DNA of 56,984 nucleotides from Pirellula sp. (lineage in GTDB: Bacteria > Planctomycetota > Planctomycetia > Pirellulales > Pirellulaceae). The stretch spans positions 1-56,984 of the forward strand of contig JAYVPE010000367.1 in assembly GCA_043757575.1 (NCBI GenBank), in the 5' to 3' direction. Below the pieces are notes generated by a model. The model did no database searches. It saw only the letters and a program-made list of their open reading frames with translations, and had not been told where the DNA came from. A program made the translations under genes and the position numbers. Positions 28,760 through 37,668 of this stretch are shown here, one piece after another (positions within the stretch are counted from its first letter, which is position 1; each line of letters opens with the position of its first letter).

Positions 28760-31700
28760 TCACTCTTCAACCTCCGCTTTGGCCTTCTTCTTTCGCGGCT
28801 GCCTGGGTTGTTTTGGTTGTTTTGCGACACTTTTCTTCGCAGCCCTTGCCTTGGCTGGCGGCGTCCAGTTGCGGATCTGCTCAAGCGTCAGTCCGAGTTC
28901 TTGAGCTTCCGATTCCAACAGAGTTTGAAAGGAAGTGCCAGCCGACTCGTTGTACTCAGGATCGATCTCAGGGTGCCACTGGTGAAGCCAGGGCAGTAAC
29001 TGATCTAGACCGGCAAGGAGCGGAATGAGGCGTTCCGTGGTCCAGCCTTCGCGTTTACGAGCGTCATAGTACGCAACAATTGCCGATGCTTGTTGAAGAT
29101 GATTGTAGCCCGCCCAAAGAACAACCAACGATGGATCACTATCAGTCGAACAATTCGAGAAACTGATCCAGCGTTCTTTTGCTACATCCAGCTTGCCGCG
29201 TAAACGCCAGAAGTCGGTCTTCAGAAAATCCCCTGATCCATACTTCGGTGGAACCGGAATGGGACCCACTTGCTTTCCAGCGTCTTCTTGTCGCTGCATT
29301 TCCCAAGTCCGTTCCCAAAGTTCGCGTTTGCGATGACCAGCAGGTTTGTAACGGTGAGCTGGGAGTAACGGAACCGCCTCGGCAGTGACTAGTTCGGTGA
29401 TAAGGGCTGTCAAATCGTAATCCGCCTTGCCACGATAAACTTCCGCTACTTGACGGAATTCGCCGTCGGAGATAGCTCTATCTGCCATTGCTGCGGTGCT
29501 TATGAGTTCCGGATGTCTTTCAGAACCCGCGCGATACCGCTCTGTTTCTAGTCTGTCCAGTAACCAGTTTTTGAGCGCTCGCTGCTCTTGAACTTCCCAC
29601 GGTTCCGTGTTCCAACGACGTTTGTACATGCCATCTTCAATCAATCCAATCGTATTGTTCGACTGAATCAAGTCGATTCGACGTTGAACGACTTCGCGAT
29701 ACGGAGCGGACCAGTTGTCGGGAATATTTAACTGCATCGGGAAACCTTGTCGACGGAACCAAGCGCTATTGCTTTCGCCATCTTCAATTTTTCTGGCTAA
29801 AACGATCTCGAATGCCCGTTGCCCTGGTTGTATCGCAGGCGGATTTAAACACAGAGGCACAGAGGAAACAGAGGTGGATTCAGTATCTTTCTCTCCGTGT
29901 TCTCTGTGCCTCTGTGTTTCAACGTCTTCGCTTTCGATCAGCCCATACAGCCCATAACAATGCCAATCGAGTTCTTCTTGAATCGCGATCATTTGCGAGC
30001 GAAGACGATCGGCAATTGCGCATCCATCAGCTAATAGTTTTGATAGGTCGTCGTTAATGTTCCAAGATGCCAAAAGCTTCTCTGGATTATGGTTTGCAAT
30101 GAATTGAGCTGTAGCATCCAGTTTCGTCGCGAGCTCAAGAGGCCTTTCAGCAGGAATCGGAAATCGTTGAAGCCCTGTTCCGGTAAATTCGAAAGTATTG
30201 AACTCTGGTTCACCAGTAGTTCGTGCTCCATGTTGATCTGTCGAATCCCCTTTATTGTGAAATGTTTGTTTCATCCAAAAGCAAGCTGTGGAACTATTGA
30301 GCAATCCAAGCAAACCGAGATGATCTTCGACAGTTGCATCTGCTGGCAATTTAATGATCGGCGCGGAGCGATTAAAGACCTTTCCCCCACGATCTAAAAC
30401 AAAATGATTATGTGTCGCAACAAATGCAAACGTGATAGATCGAACGATCAAATACTTGTCTCGAACCCATCGATACCATCCCCACCAAGAATCACCACAT
30501 TGTTTTCGTGTTTTGCCGCCGAACGAGACAACACTTTCTAGGGACGCCCTAACACACCATAAGTGTTTTCCTAAATTTGAGTTTGCATCGAGCGCGAGCA
30601 GACTGTAGTCACTATCGTAAGGCGCGAGCGCAGAAAGATCGCAATTCGACGCCCAGTCTCTTACAGACTCGCCGTAGACGAAGAATCTTATTTGCTGTTC
30701 GCCTATTTCTCTTCTAACCAAACTACTACGATCCATTACAAACGCATCATCAAGGCCTGGAAAACTTGCGAATCCAATGGACGTTGATACATCCGAGAGG
30801 CTCAATTTCTTATTGGACTCGACAATCTCCATCACATCTGACGCACCGCCGCCGCCAATACTCCACGGATGCGATTGAAATATACTGCGTGGAACATCGG
30901 CAGAGCTGGTGAAGTTGTCCATTGCATCGTTGCGACTGATGTTCGTTAAAATCGATTGCCAGACTTTGCCTTGACTTGGATCGCCCGGTGTTGACGGTTC
31001 GCCTTTGATTCCCAAAACCGCTCGAACTGTAACATCGACTGGTTTACGAGCTCGCCCAAACATTACGACTGTGGGAGTGCCATGTCCGGGGATATAGGCA
31101 CCCGACGTATCTATAACATGTGTTAAATCGATTGTCGTAAAAAAGCTCTCGATCAATTTCTTGCCAAACTCACGTTTCATAAAGGAGTTGGCTGTAATTT
31201 TCCCAACATAGCCCGATCCCTTCATAGCAAGATCGAAGAACCTTTCCATGAATGGAACAGCCAAAGAGTATTTTTGATGGCAAGCAGAGTAACGTTGGCG
31301 ATACGCTTGGTTTAAGACACGATCGCGGACGATGATGTAGGGTGGATTGCCAACCACCACGTGGTATTGTTGTCCAAGGATCTCATTTACGGTTTCACGG
31401 TCCTCGCACGCATAAATCTGGGGTGCCCAGCTACCCTCGTCTTCCGTTTGGAAAAATAGCTGTTCCTTGTTTCCCTCGTCTTCCTTATTGAATCGCAGGC
31501 CCATTAGCAAACTATCACCGGCTGCAATGTGAATCTTCCATCCTGGAGCATCTTGCAATTTCTCGTTGCCACATGCCTTTACCGCAGCAACGATCAGCCT
31601 GAATCGAGCAATCGCCACGGCGAATGGATTAACGTCGCAACCCCAAACTCCGTTCAATGCATTTTGTGCATCCTTCTCGACGTTTCCGCTTGTATTCTCA

Positions 31701-32467
31701 GGCTTGCTCCAAAGTCGAAATAGTCTTGTGAATCCCCCTAACAGGAAGTGCCCCGAACCGCAAGTTGGATCGATCATCCGGAGTGTCTTTAGACCGAACT
31801 CGTCGATGGCGGGATCAAGCGTACGATCAAGAATAAACTCTTCAACGAATACAGGCGTCTGCAACAACGCAAACTTCTTTCGAGCGCGTTCAGACAGATC
31901 TTGGTAAAGGTCGCCGAGGAAGCGTGTGTCGCTATTTTCAACTTCAAATATTCGTTTTAGCTGTCCGCTATCAGAATCCCTATCTCGCCAGTAAGCGAGC
32001 AGCTTCATTGCAGCATCGCCGCTTGGGCCCACTGCCCACAGCGGTGTTTTGCCTTCTGCAAAGAGATCGCGACAAGCTGGAATCTTGCCGACTTCGCGGA
32101 ATACATGCTCGAAATACTCCCGATCTGAATCGAGCGGATTGTCGCGGAAATAAAGATCGTGAGAGTCTTCAGCTTGCTGTCGTTTCTTGCCTTTGCCTGC
32201 CAACCAGCAATTGTCAATGAGTTCGTTGTCTTCCATGAAGCGTACGAAGACGCATGACAAAACCCAGGCAACCGCAACTTGATCGAGGTAGTCCTCCAGC
32301 CAAACCTCATAAGGATCGCCAGTGCGTCCACCTTTTTCTATTTGTGCGTAGGCGTGTCGTAGTCCAGCATCAATCCCAGAGTGGTCGTTGACGCGATCCA
32401 GCAGGTCTTCTGATAAAACAGTAACCAGCTTCTTTAATTCAGGAAGTATTGCTTTGCTATCGAGCAT
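28760..32467 (-). CDS. pglX: BREX-2 adenine methyltransferase PglX
   Basis: FLGDLYQDLS, DPTCGSGHFL (motif I), VGNPPY (motif IV), ANSFMKREFG and RGKLDVAKERWIS. Confidence 0.95.
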   Translation of the reverse strand: MLDSKAILPELKKLVTVLSEDLLDRVNDHSGIDAGLRHAYAQIEKGGRTGDPYEVWLEDYLDQVAVAWVLSCVFVRFMEDNELIDNCWLAGKGKKRQQAEDSHDLYFRDNPLDSDREYFEHVFREVGKIPACRDLFAEGKTPLWAVGPSGDAAMKLLAYWRDRDSDSGQLKRIFEVENSDTRFLGDLYQDLSERARKKFALLQTPVFVEEFILDRTLDPAIDEFGLKTLRMIDPTCGSGHFLLGGFTRLFRLWSKPENTSGNVEKDAQNALNGVWGCDVNPFAVAIARFRLIVAAVKACGNEKLQDAPGWKIHIAAGDSLLMGLRFNKEDEGNKEQLFFQTEDEGSWAPQIYACEDRETVNEILGQQYHVVVGNPPYIIVRDRVLNQAYRQRYSACHQKYSLAVPFMERFFDLAMKGSGYVGKITANSFMKREFGKKLIESFFTTIDLTHVIDTSGAYIPGHGTPTVVMFGRARKPVDVTVRAVLGIKGEPSTPGDPSQGKVWQSILTNISRNDAMDNFTSSADVPRSIFQSHPWSIGGGGASDVMEIVESNKKLSLSDVSTSIGFASFPGLDDAFVMDRSSLVRREIGEQQIRFFVYGESVRDWASNCDLSALAPYDSDYSLLALDANSNLGKHLWCVRASLESVVSFGGKTRKQCGDSWWGWYRWVRDKYLIVRSITFAFVATHNHFVLDRGGKVFNRSAPIIKLPADATVEDHLGLLGLLNSSTACFWMKQTFHNKGDSTDQHGARTTGEPEFNTFEFTGTGLQRFPIPAERPLELATKLDATAQFIANHNPEKLLASWNINDDLSKLLADGCAIADRLRSQMIAIQEELDWHCYGLYGLIESEDVETQRHREHGEKDTESTSVSSVPLCLNPPAIQPGQRAFEIVLARKIEDGESNSAWFRRQGFPMQLNIPDNWSAPYREVVQRRIDLIQSNNTIGLIEDGMYKRRWNTEPWEVQEQRALKNWLLDRLETERYRAGSERHPELISTAAMADRAISDGEFRQVAEVYRGKADYDLTALITELVTAEAVPLLPAHRYKPAGHRKRELWERTWEMQRQEDAGKQVGPIPVPPKYGSGDFLKTDFWRLRGKLDVAKERWISFSNCSTDSDPSLVVLWAGYNHLQQASAIVAYYDARKREGWTTERLIPLLAGLDQLLPWLHQWHPEIDPEYNESAGTSFQTLLESEAQELGLTLEQIRNWTPPAKARAAKKSVAKQPKQPRQPRKKKAKAEVEE
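29845..29921. repeat. 77-bp palindromic element translated in frame inside pglX
   Basis: Arms 29845-29873 and 29893-29921 match 25/29 as inverted repeats. The left arm is 28/29 identical to 32485-32513. Encodes ETQRHREHGEKDTESTSVSSVPLCLN. Confidence 0.88.
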
Positions 32468-32484
32468 GGATTTACGGTTCGATT

Positions 32485-32955
32485 TTAAACACAGAGGTAC
32501 AGAGGAAACAGAGAGAGCAAAAAGTGGAGGCTTCTAATAGCCGTTAATGATTCGATGAATCCCATCGACAAGTTTTTCTACATGAAAGTTGATCAGTAGC
32601 CCGAGTCTAAGGTCCATCAATCGCAAATGCGAAAGAGTTTGTGCCTTATCGATCGGATGAATTTCGGACTTGGCTTTCAGCTCCACGACGACTGTCTGAT
32701 TGACTAACAAATCGGCGCGAAAACCACATTCCATTTTCAAATCGTCGTAGATCAATAGAACCGGTTTTTCTTCTTCGACTTGTAAACCCCGCTTTCGGAG
32801 TTCATGTGCAAGGCACTTTCGATAGGCAGTTTCCAATAGACCAGGTCCAAGTCGACGGTGAACTTCGATTGCAGCTCCAATGATTGCATGACTCAACTCA
32901 TTCAGTTCCATAACTATTCTGTTACCCTCTGTTTTCTCTGTACCTCTGTGTTTAA
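32485..32955. mobile_element. Putative inverted-repeat-bounded GxxExxY cassette
   Basis: TTAAACACAGAGGTACAGAGGAAACAGAG (32485-32513) and its 28/29 inverted copy (32927-32955) bracket the GxxExxY gene. Mobility is inferred. Confidence 0.65.
32534..32911 (-). CDS. GxxExxY protein (PD-(D/E)XK nuclease superfamily)
   Basis: IIGAAIEVHRRLGPGLLETAY, RADLLV...VELKA and GLLINF motifs; 125 aa. Confidence 0.95.
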   Translation of the reverse strand: MELNELSHAIIGAAIEVHRRLGPGLLETAYRKCLAHELRKRGLQVEEEKPVLLIYDDLKMECGFRADLLVNQTVVVELKAKSEIHPIDKAQTLSHLRLMDLRLGLLINFHVEKLVDGIHRIINGY

Positions 32956-35900
32956 GTCTTCTGCATTCATTCGCCCACGGTGGTAGTTGTCCACCCAGTA
33001 ATCCGATACGGCCGCTCTTTCACCTTTGCTTATCAATGGAATCTGTTTACCGTCCAGATGCGGCATTTCGCTTTGAATATCTGTTGCGACCAACACCCAC
33101 AACGCGGGGCAACGTGCGTCATGTCCGATCCGATCTCGCAGCGTCTGCAAGACAGTCATCATCTCGTAACGACCAATAAGACCTGGGTGGACTAGCAACA
33201 CAGGTTCCTCGCGGTCGAGCAACTGCTGCTCAATCGTGGGCGCGACCTCACTCATCAGGTGCAGCAGATTCTGCCAGTCGTCCGAGTCATGCCCATCGGA
33301 ATCGGCTTCGTAGATGTCGCTCCAAGGGAACTCATACTCTTTGGATTTGATCCGAAGCTGTTCGAAAAGCAGATCATCAAACGATACTCGATCAAGTTTC
33401 TTGCCATCTTCGTTGAAGCGTTTCAGCAAATTGCTTTCACACTTTCGAAGATAGCTAGGCTTAACAGTCAGGATAAGAAAGCCACCGTTACGATAAGCAT
33501 GTTGCAGTCGGTCCTCGTTTTGACGTGCCTCGGCAGTTTCCGGAGACGATGAGTCGATATGTCGGGTCGATTTAGCTGTCGAACGGCGTTCACCGGTAAC
33601 GGAACCGCTGGTTACCAAGATCTTGTGTTCAACGCGTCGATAGACTTGTTTGTCATCTTCCCAGCGAACATCGATACCTACTTGTCGCAGTAGTGTCTCT
33701 AGGTGCTTGGGGTCGGTCGGCAATGAGGCGGCTTCGGGGTAGCGACTGCTCACGCGATTGTGAACTTGAGCGACGGTGAAGCCTTCGTTCTTTTCGCCCA
33801 GTCCCAAACCGCTGAGTGCTCCGATCCCAAGCCGCAGTGCACGTTGCTCATCCATCCCGCGTGGATAGAGTTCCTGGCGAGACGAAACGGCCGCCGTGCT
33901 ACTCATCGCTGCAGATAGCTTGATAAGTCGCTCACCTGAGAATGGTTGGCATCCAGGTGGTGGCGTTGGGGCAGTGAGATCATAGAGCTCTTGGAAGACA
34001 CGCAGACGGGGCAACAGCGGATCAGCTTTGGCAAGCCGATCAGCGATCGTGCCGAGTTGCTCCGCATAAACAGCCAGCTCATGCGTACATGCGACAATGA
34101 CCAGTTGCCCCCTCACCCCGGCCCTCTCCCCCACAGGGGCGAGGGAGTAGTTGGGACGACGAATCTCAAACCGAGGCTCTGCCATCGAGGCTTCTGTTTC
34201 GACTGCGGCTCGAGCAATGGCCGATGCCATGCGTGCGATCTTGACGCTATCGAGTGTTTCGCCGGCAGGCCGAAGCAACGCAGTCAGGTCGATGAGTTCT
34301 GCGATGGTAACGACGCCACCGAGCCGATGAATTTGCTCATGCAATTCGTTGCGAAAATGAGTGACGATCGCCTCCTTGGCCCATCGTTTCTGATCAGCAC
34401 TCAATGCTTGACCGACAACGGCGCGTGTCTCACCTACGGCGTCAGCCACATCGAACTGGCTAGGCCATTCTTCGATTTGTGATTCGTCCGCTGCCAGTAG
34501 GTTGAGCAGACCTGAGCGAATATTCCACTCGGATTCTTTCTTGGCATTCCGGACACCAACGACGCGGATGTACAACCGCTCCAAGCTCGGAAGTTGGTCG
34601 TCTTCGGTAGTCGTGGACTTCTTCGATGTGATATCCGGAAACTTGTCGCGCAGCTCGGCGACAAAACCCAATATCTCGCGTCGGTATTGATCGCCAACAC
34701 CTCGCATCATGCGAATGTCATTGATGGGACACTGCAACAAGTCCTTGACCATCGTGAGGTTCAGGCTGTCCAGTGCATCGCGAGCCCTGAAGGACAGGTC
34801 AAGCGCGGCGATGAGCGTATCGAGCTCCGCTTGCTCCAACGATATGGTAGTTGTGACTTGCTGGCCGGTATGGGTCGTGATGGTCTGGTTGTCGGCCTCC
34901 ATGAAGACCTTTTCCCAAGCGAATCGCATTTCTTTAGCGTTGTCGAACCGCTTTTCGGGATCTCGGTGCAGAGCTTTCTTAAAAAAGTTCACCAGCCCTT
35001 CGCGGACACTTGGCTTGAACTTCTCTGCATCTAGCACCAATTGGTCTTTGGTGTCGGCAGGGTTCTGCACATCATTCTCGCCCCACTTCGGCAATTGATC
35101 GTGACCGACCGTCATTTCGTACAATGTCACACCGGCCGAGTAGCGTTCCGCGGCGAGGTCCCACTTGCCTGACTTTCGATTCTTCAGGAAGGGGTCGGTG
35201 TAACCGGTCGTTCCGATACGGAGGTTGTCGAGCGAAACACTGGTCAGCGAGAAATCGTACAGAATCAATTGGTTCTGTTTCTTGTTGATCGTGTGGATGC
35301 CAATGTTGTCCGGCTTGATGTCTCGGTGGATCACTCCATGGCGTTCCAACGATTCGACTGCGGCCAATAAATTGCTGCCGTAACGGCCAAGCAAATCCAG
35401 TGCTGGAATACCATACTTACGAAGATGCTTGGCTAGTGATTCCTCACCGGCTTTCTGCAACACGAGAACTGTTTTCCCGGCAATCTCCAGGCAGTCATAG
35501 ATCTTGATGACAAATTCGCTTTGGATCTTTTTGAGCGCTGCGGCTTCCTCCACCAAACGCGGATTGTCATGCTCGGTGAGCGCTACCTTTAGAACGAACT
35601 CTTCCTCATCCTTGGTGATCAAGAGCGCACGAGCGGTGGCACCTTGTCCCAAAACGCTTTTGACGACAAAGTCATTGTCGAGCCGGTCGCCTCGCTTGGC
35701 TAGCAGCGGATCGACAATCGCCGACTGGTCGGGGGCAGTGAGCTCATCCTCGACTTCATCCAGCATCAACAGAAAGTCTTCAACGTTTCCGATTCGCGTT
35801 AGCGCGTCCGGATGAGTACTCCACTGAATGAATTCTTCTAGCTTTGGCCCCGCACCGTCCATCACAGCCGATACGCTCAGGCCCTTGCGCTCGTGAAGGA

Positions 35901-37293
35901 TCTTGGCTTGTTCGCTCAAGCTTAAAGCCGGCGCTCGCGTTGTGAACAAATGAAAGGCGATTGCCCCGAGCGAGAAGATGTCTGACGCCTCCGAGACTCG
36001 CTCGGGATTGGCGATCGATTCCGGGGACATGTAAACCATTGCTTGAGATTCGACTAAGTCGTCGATCTGAGTAACTGGTGTGGAAAGATTGGTTTGTAAT
36101 CGAGCTCCAACTTGCCAGTTGTAGACTTGCAAATAGAGCTTGGCGGGATCATCAAACTGATTTGATTCTCGTACCACCATGGTGGCTGGCGGCAACTGCT
36201 TTTCTGCCTCGCTTCGCCCGCCTTCATCCTTCATTACCAAAATACTCTGAGGCGAAAGCGATCGGTGGATGACACGCTTGCGGTGAGCGTAGCGCACAAC
36301 GTCCGCGATATCGCGAAGAAACTTCAGTCGCTCGCCCGTTGTAAGTCGGCCACAATGCGTTGCGAGGTAATGATCGAAACGAATCGATTCTGGATCTGAG
36401 TACCTGTAGATGATGGCTGGCCCAAGCTCATGCTCTTTGTAGTCCGTGACAGGCAAGACATAGGGGTGATTCAACGATCGAACGATTTCGTATTCGCGAA
36501 CGGCAGCCCGCTTTCTACGGCTGCGATCTTCTTCGTTCTCTGCACCTGCTACGGTATAGAAACGGACGCGTCGAAAGTCGTTCTTGATCGACACGTGCTC
36601 CGCGAGCCGATCTTGATAGCCTGGACCATCAGCAAGGAGATCACCAAGCACATAGTCGCCGATGCGACGTGACTTCTGCGACGGTCGTATGCCAGCTTCG
36701 TCCATCGCTTTCGCCAAGCTGCGAGCAACCTTGGAATCGATCATCGAACGCATCTCGACGTCGATCCCTTGTCCCTCGCGGCGCATCAATGCAGCGAGAA
36801 TCCCTTTTCGATCACCGCTTCCGTCGGTTGCTTTTCGATCCCTCAAGAAAACGCGATTGCGTCCGGGGCCGACCAGTTCACATTGCAGACTTTCGGCCGA
36901 AAGGAACACGACAGCGTCGATCCAGGGAATTTTGATACGCTTGGAAGCGGGTTGGGCCTTAAGTAGAGATGCGAGCGCCTTCGCTTTGCGATTGGCGAGA
37001 AGAACTGGGTTGTCTTCCGAAATCAATTTGCCGTCAGGAGTGGTTCTGGTCCACGTTCCCGCATCACCCCGCACGCGTCCCAACCAGCTTTTAATCTCTA
37101 TCAGCCAGAGACCTTCTTTGGTCAGTACGAGAAGATCGACCTCATAGATTGCGCCGTCGAGTGTCTGGAACTCGAAATTAGACCATGCACGATACGGTTC
37201 ATGGTCGGGCAAACCGGCTCGAACGAATTCGAGGGCTTGTCGCTCATGATCGTATTGCGACTGCGTGATCGTATTCCAACGTGGTGCATCCAT
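32914..37293 (-). CDS. pglW: BREX-2 serine/threonine kinase PglW
   Basis: N-terminal NERD (EVDLLV...IEIKSW), degenerate kinase (IHRSLSPQSIL), kinase (HRDIKPDN, YDF) and an RNAP-alpha-CTD-like segment (LSFRARDAL...MRGVG). Confidence 0.94.
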   Translation of the reverse strand: MDAPRWNTITQSQYDHERQALEFVRAGLPDHEPYRAWSNFEFQTLDGAIYEVDLLVLTKEGLWLIEIKSWLGRVRGDAGTWTRTTPDGKLISEDNPVLLANRKAKALASLLKAQPASKRIKIPWIDAVVFLSAESLQCELVGPGRNRVFLRDRKATDGSGDRKGILAALMRREGQGIDVEMRSMIDSKVARSLAKAMDEAGIRPSQKSRRIGDYVLGDLLADGPGYQDRLAEHVSIKNDFRRVRFYTVAGAENEEDRSRRKRAAVREYEIVRSLNHPYVLPVTDYKEHELGPAIIYRYSDPESIRFDHYLATHCGRLTTGERLKFLRDIADVVRYAHRKRVIHRSLSPQSILVMKDEGGRSEAEKQLPPATMVVRESNQFDDPAKLYLQVYNWQVGARLQTNLSTPVTQIDDLVESQAMVYMSPESIANPERVSEASDIFSLGAIAFHLFTTRAPALSLSEQAKILHERKGLSVSAVMDGAGPKLEEFIQWSTHPDALTRIGNVEDFLLMLDEVEDELTAPDQSAIVDPLLAKRGDRLDNDFVVKSVLGQGATARALLITKDEEEFVLKVALTEHDNPRLVEEAAALKKIQSEFVIKIYDCLEIAGKTVLVLQKAGEESLAKHLRKYGIPALDLLGRYGSNLLAAVESLERHGVIHRDIKPDNIGIHTINKKQNQLILYDFSLTSVSLDNLRIGTTGYTDPFLKNRKSGKWDLAAERYSAGVTLYEMTVGHDQLPKWGENDVQNPADTKDQLVLDAEKFKPSVREGLVNFFKKALHRDPEKRFDNAKEMRFAWEKVFMEADNQTITTHTGQQVTTTISLEQAELDTLIAALDLSFRARDALDSLNLTMVKDLLQCPINDIRMMRGVGDQYRREILGFVAELRDKFPDITSKKSTTTEDDQLPSLERLYIRVVGVRNAKKESEWNIRSGLLNLLAADESQIEEWPSQFDVADAVGETRAVVGQALSADQKRWAKEAIVTHFRNELHEQIHRLGGVVTIAELIDLTALLRPAGETLDSVKIARMASAIARAAVETEASMAEPRFEIRRPNYSLAPVGERAGVRGQLVIVACTHELAVYAEQLGTIADRLAKADPLLPRLRVFQELYDLTAPTPPPGCQPFSGERLIKLSAAMSSTAAVSSRQELYPRGMDEQRALRLGIGALSGLGLGEKNEGFTVAQVHNRVSSRYPEAASLPTDPKHLETLLRQVGIDVRWEDDKQVYRRVEHKILVTSGSVTGERRSTAKSTRHIDSSSPETAEARQNEDRLQHAYRNGGFLILTVKPSYLRKCESNLLKRFNEDGKKLDRVSFDDLLFEQLRIKSKEYEFPWSDIYEADSDGHDSDDWQNLLHLMSEVAPTIEQQLLDREEPVLLVHPGLIGRYEMMTVLQTLRDRIGHDARCPALWVLVATDIQSEMPHLDGKQIPLISKGERAAVSDYWVDNYHRGRMNAEDLNTEVQRKQRVTE
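34108..34147. repeat. GC-rich hairpin repeat translated in frame inside pglW
   Basis: CCCCCTCACCCCGGCCCTCTCCCCCACAGGGGCGAGGGAG with a 9/10 stem and 4-nt loop; read as SLAPVGERAGVRG. Confidence 0.7.
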
Positions 37294-37311
37294 AGCGATG
37301 GGCGAGCTCTC

Positions 37312-37548
37312 TTATCGGGGCTTGTTCACTTCGGGATGATTCATTTCAAAAGGGGGCACGACTTGGCTGGGGATCACCTGCCGCAGTAGTGAGTCCAAAT
37401 CTGTCTTTTGAAACAGCCGATATCCATTCACCGGATGCCGGCAGGCCGCGACTTTGCCCGCATTAACCCAGTTTCGAAGCGTATTGGGTGAAACGCCGAG
37501 GTAATCGGCCGCCTCCGAGATTCGCAGAAAGTCTTTAAGGTTTTCCAT
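37312..37548 (-). CDS. MerR/excisionase-type HTH protein heading the BREX operon
   Basis: LRISEAADYLGVSPNTLRNW...RHPVNGYRLF. Confidence 0.88.
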   Translation of the reverse strand: MENLKDFLRISEAADYLGVSPNTLRNWVNAGKVAACRHPVNGYRLFQKTDLDSLLRQVIPSQVVPPFEMNHPEVNKPR

Positions 37549-37668
37549 TCTTCTGATCCTTTTTCGGCACCACGACCCGGACGGAACCCACCATTACAAA
37601 CCTTACCAAACTTCGTTATGATTGTCGATCAGGGATTGCTAGCAAAATATTAAGGCGAGTCCCAGATT

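Noticed and set aside
28760-32467. Phase-variable poly-G tract in pglX, as in Streptomyces Pgl
   Set aside because: No long G/C homopolymer noticed in the gene. The C8 run at 15612-15619 is intergenic and far away.
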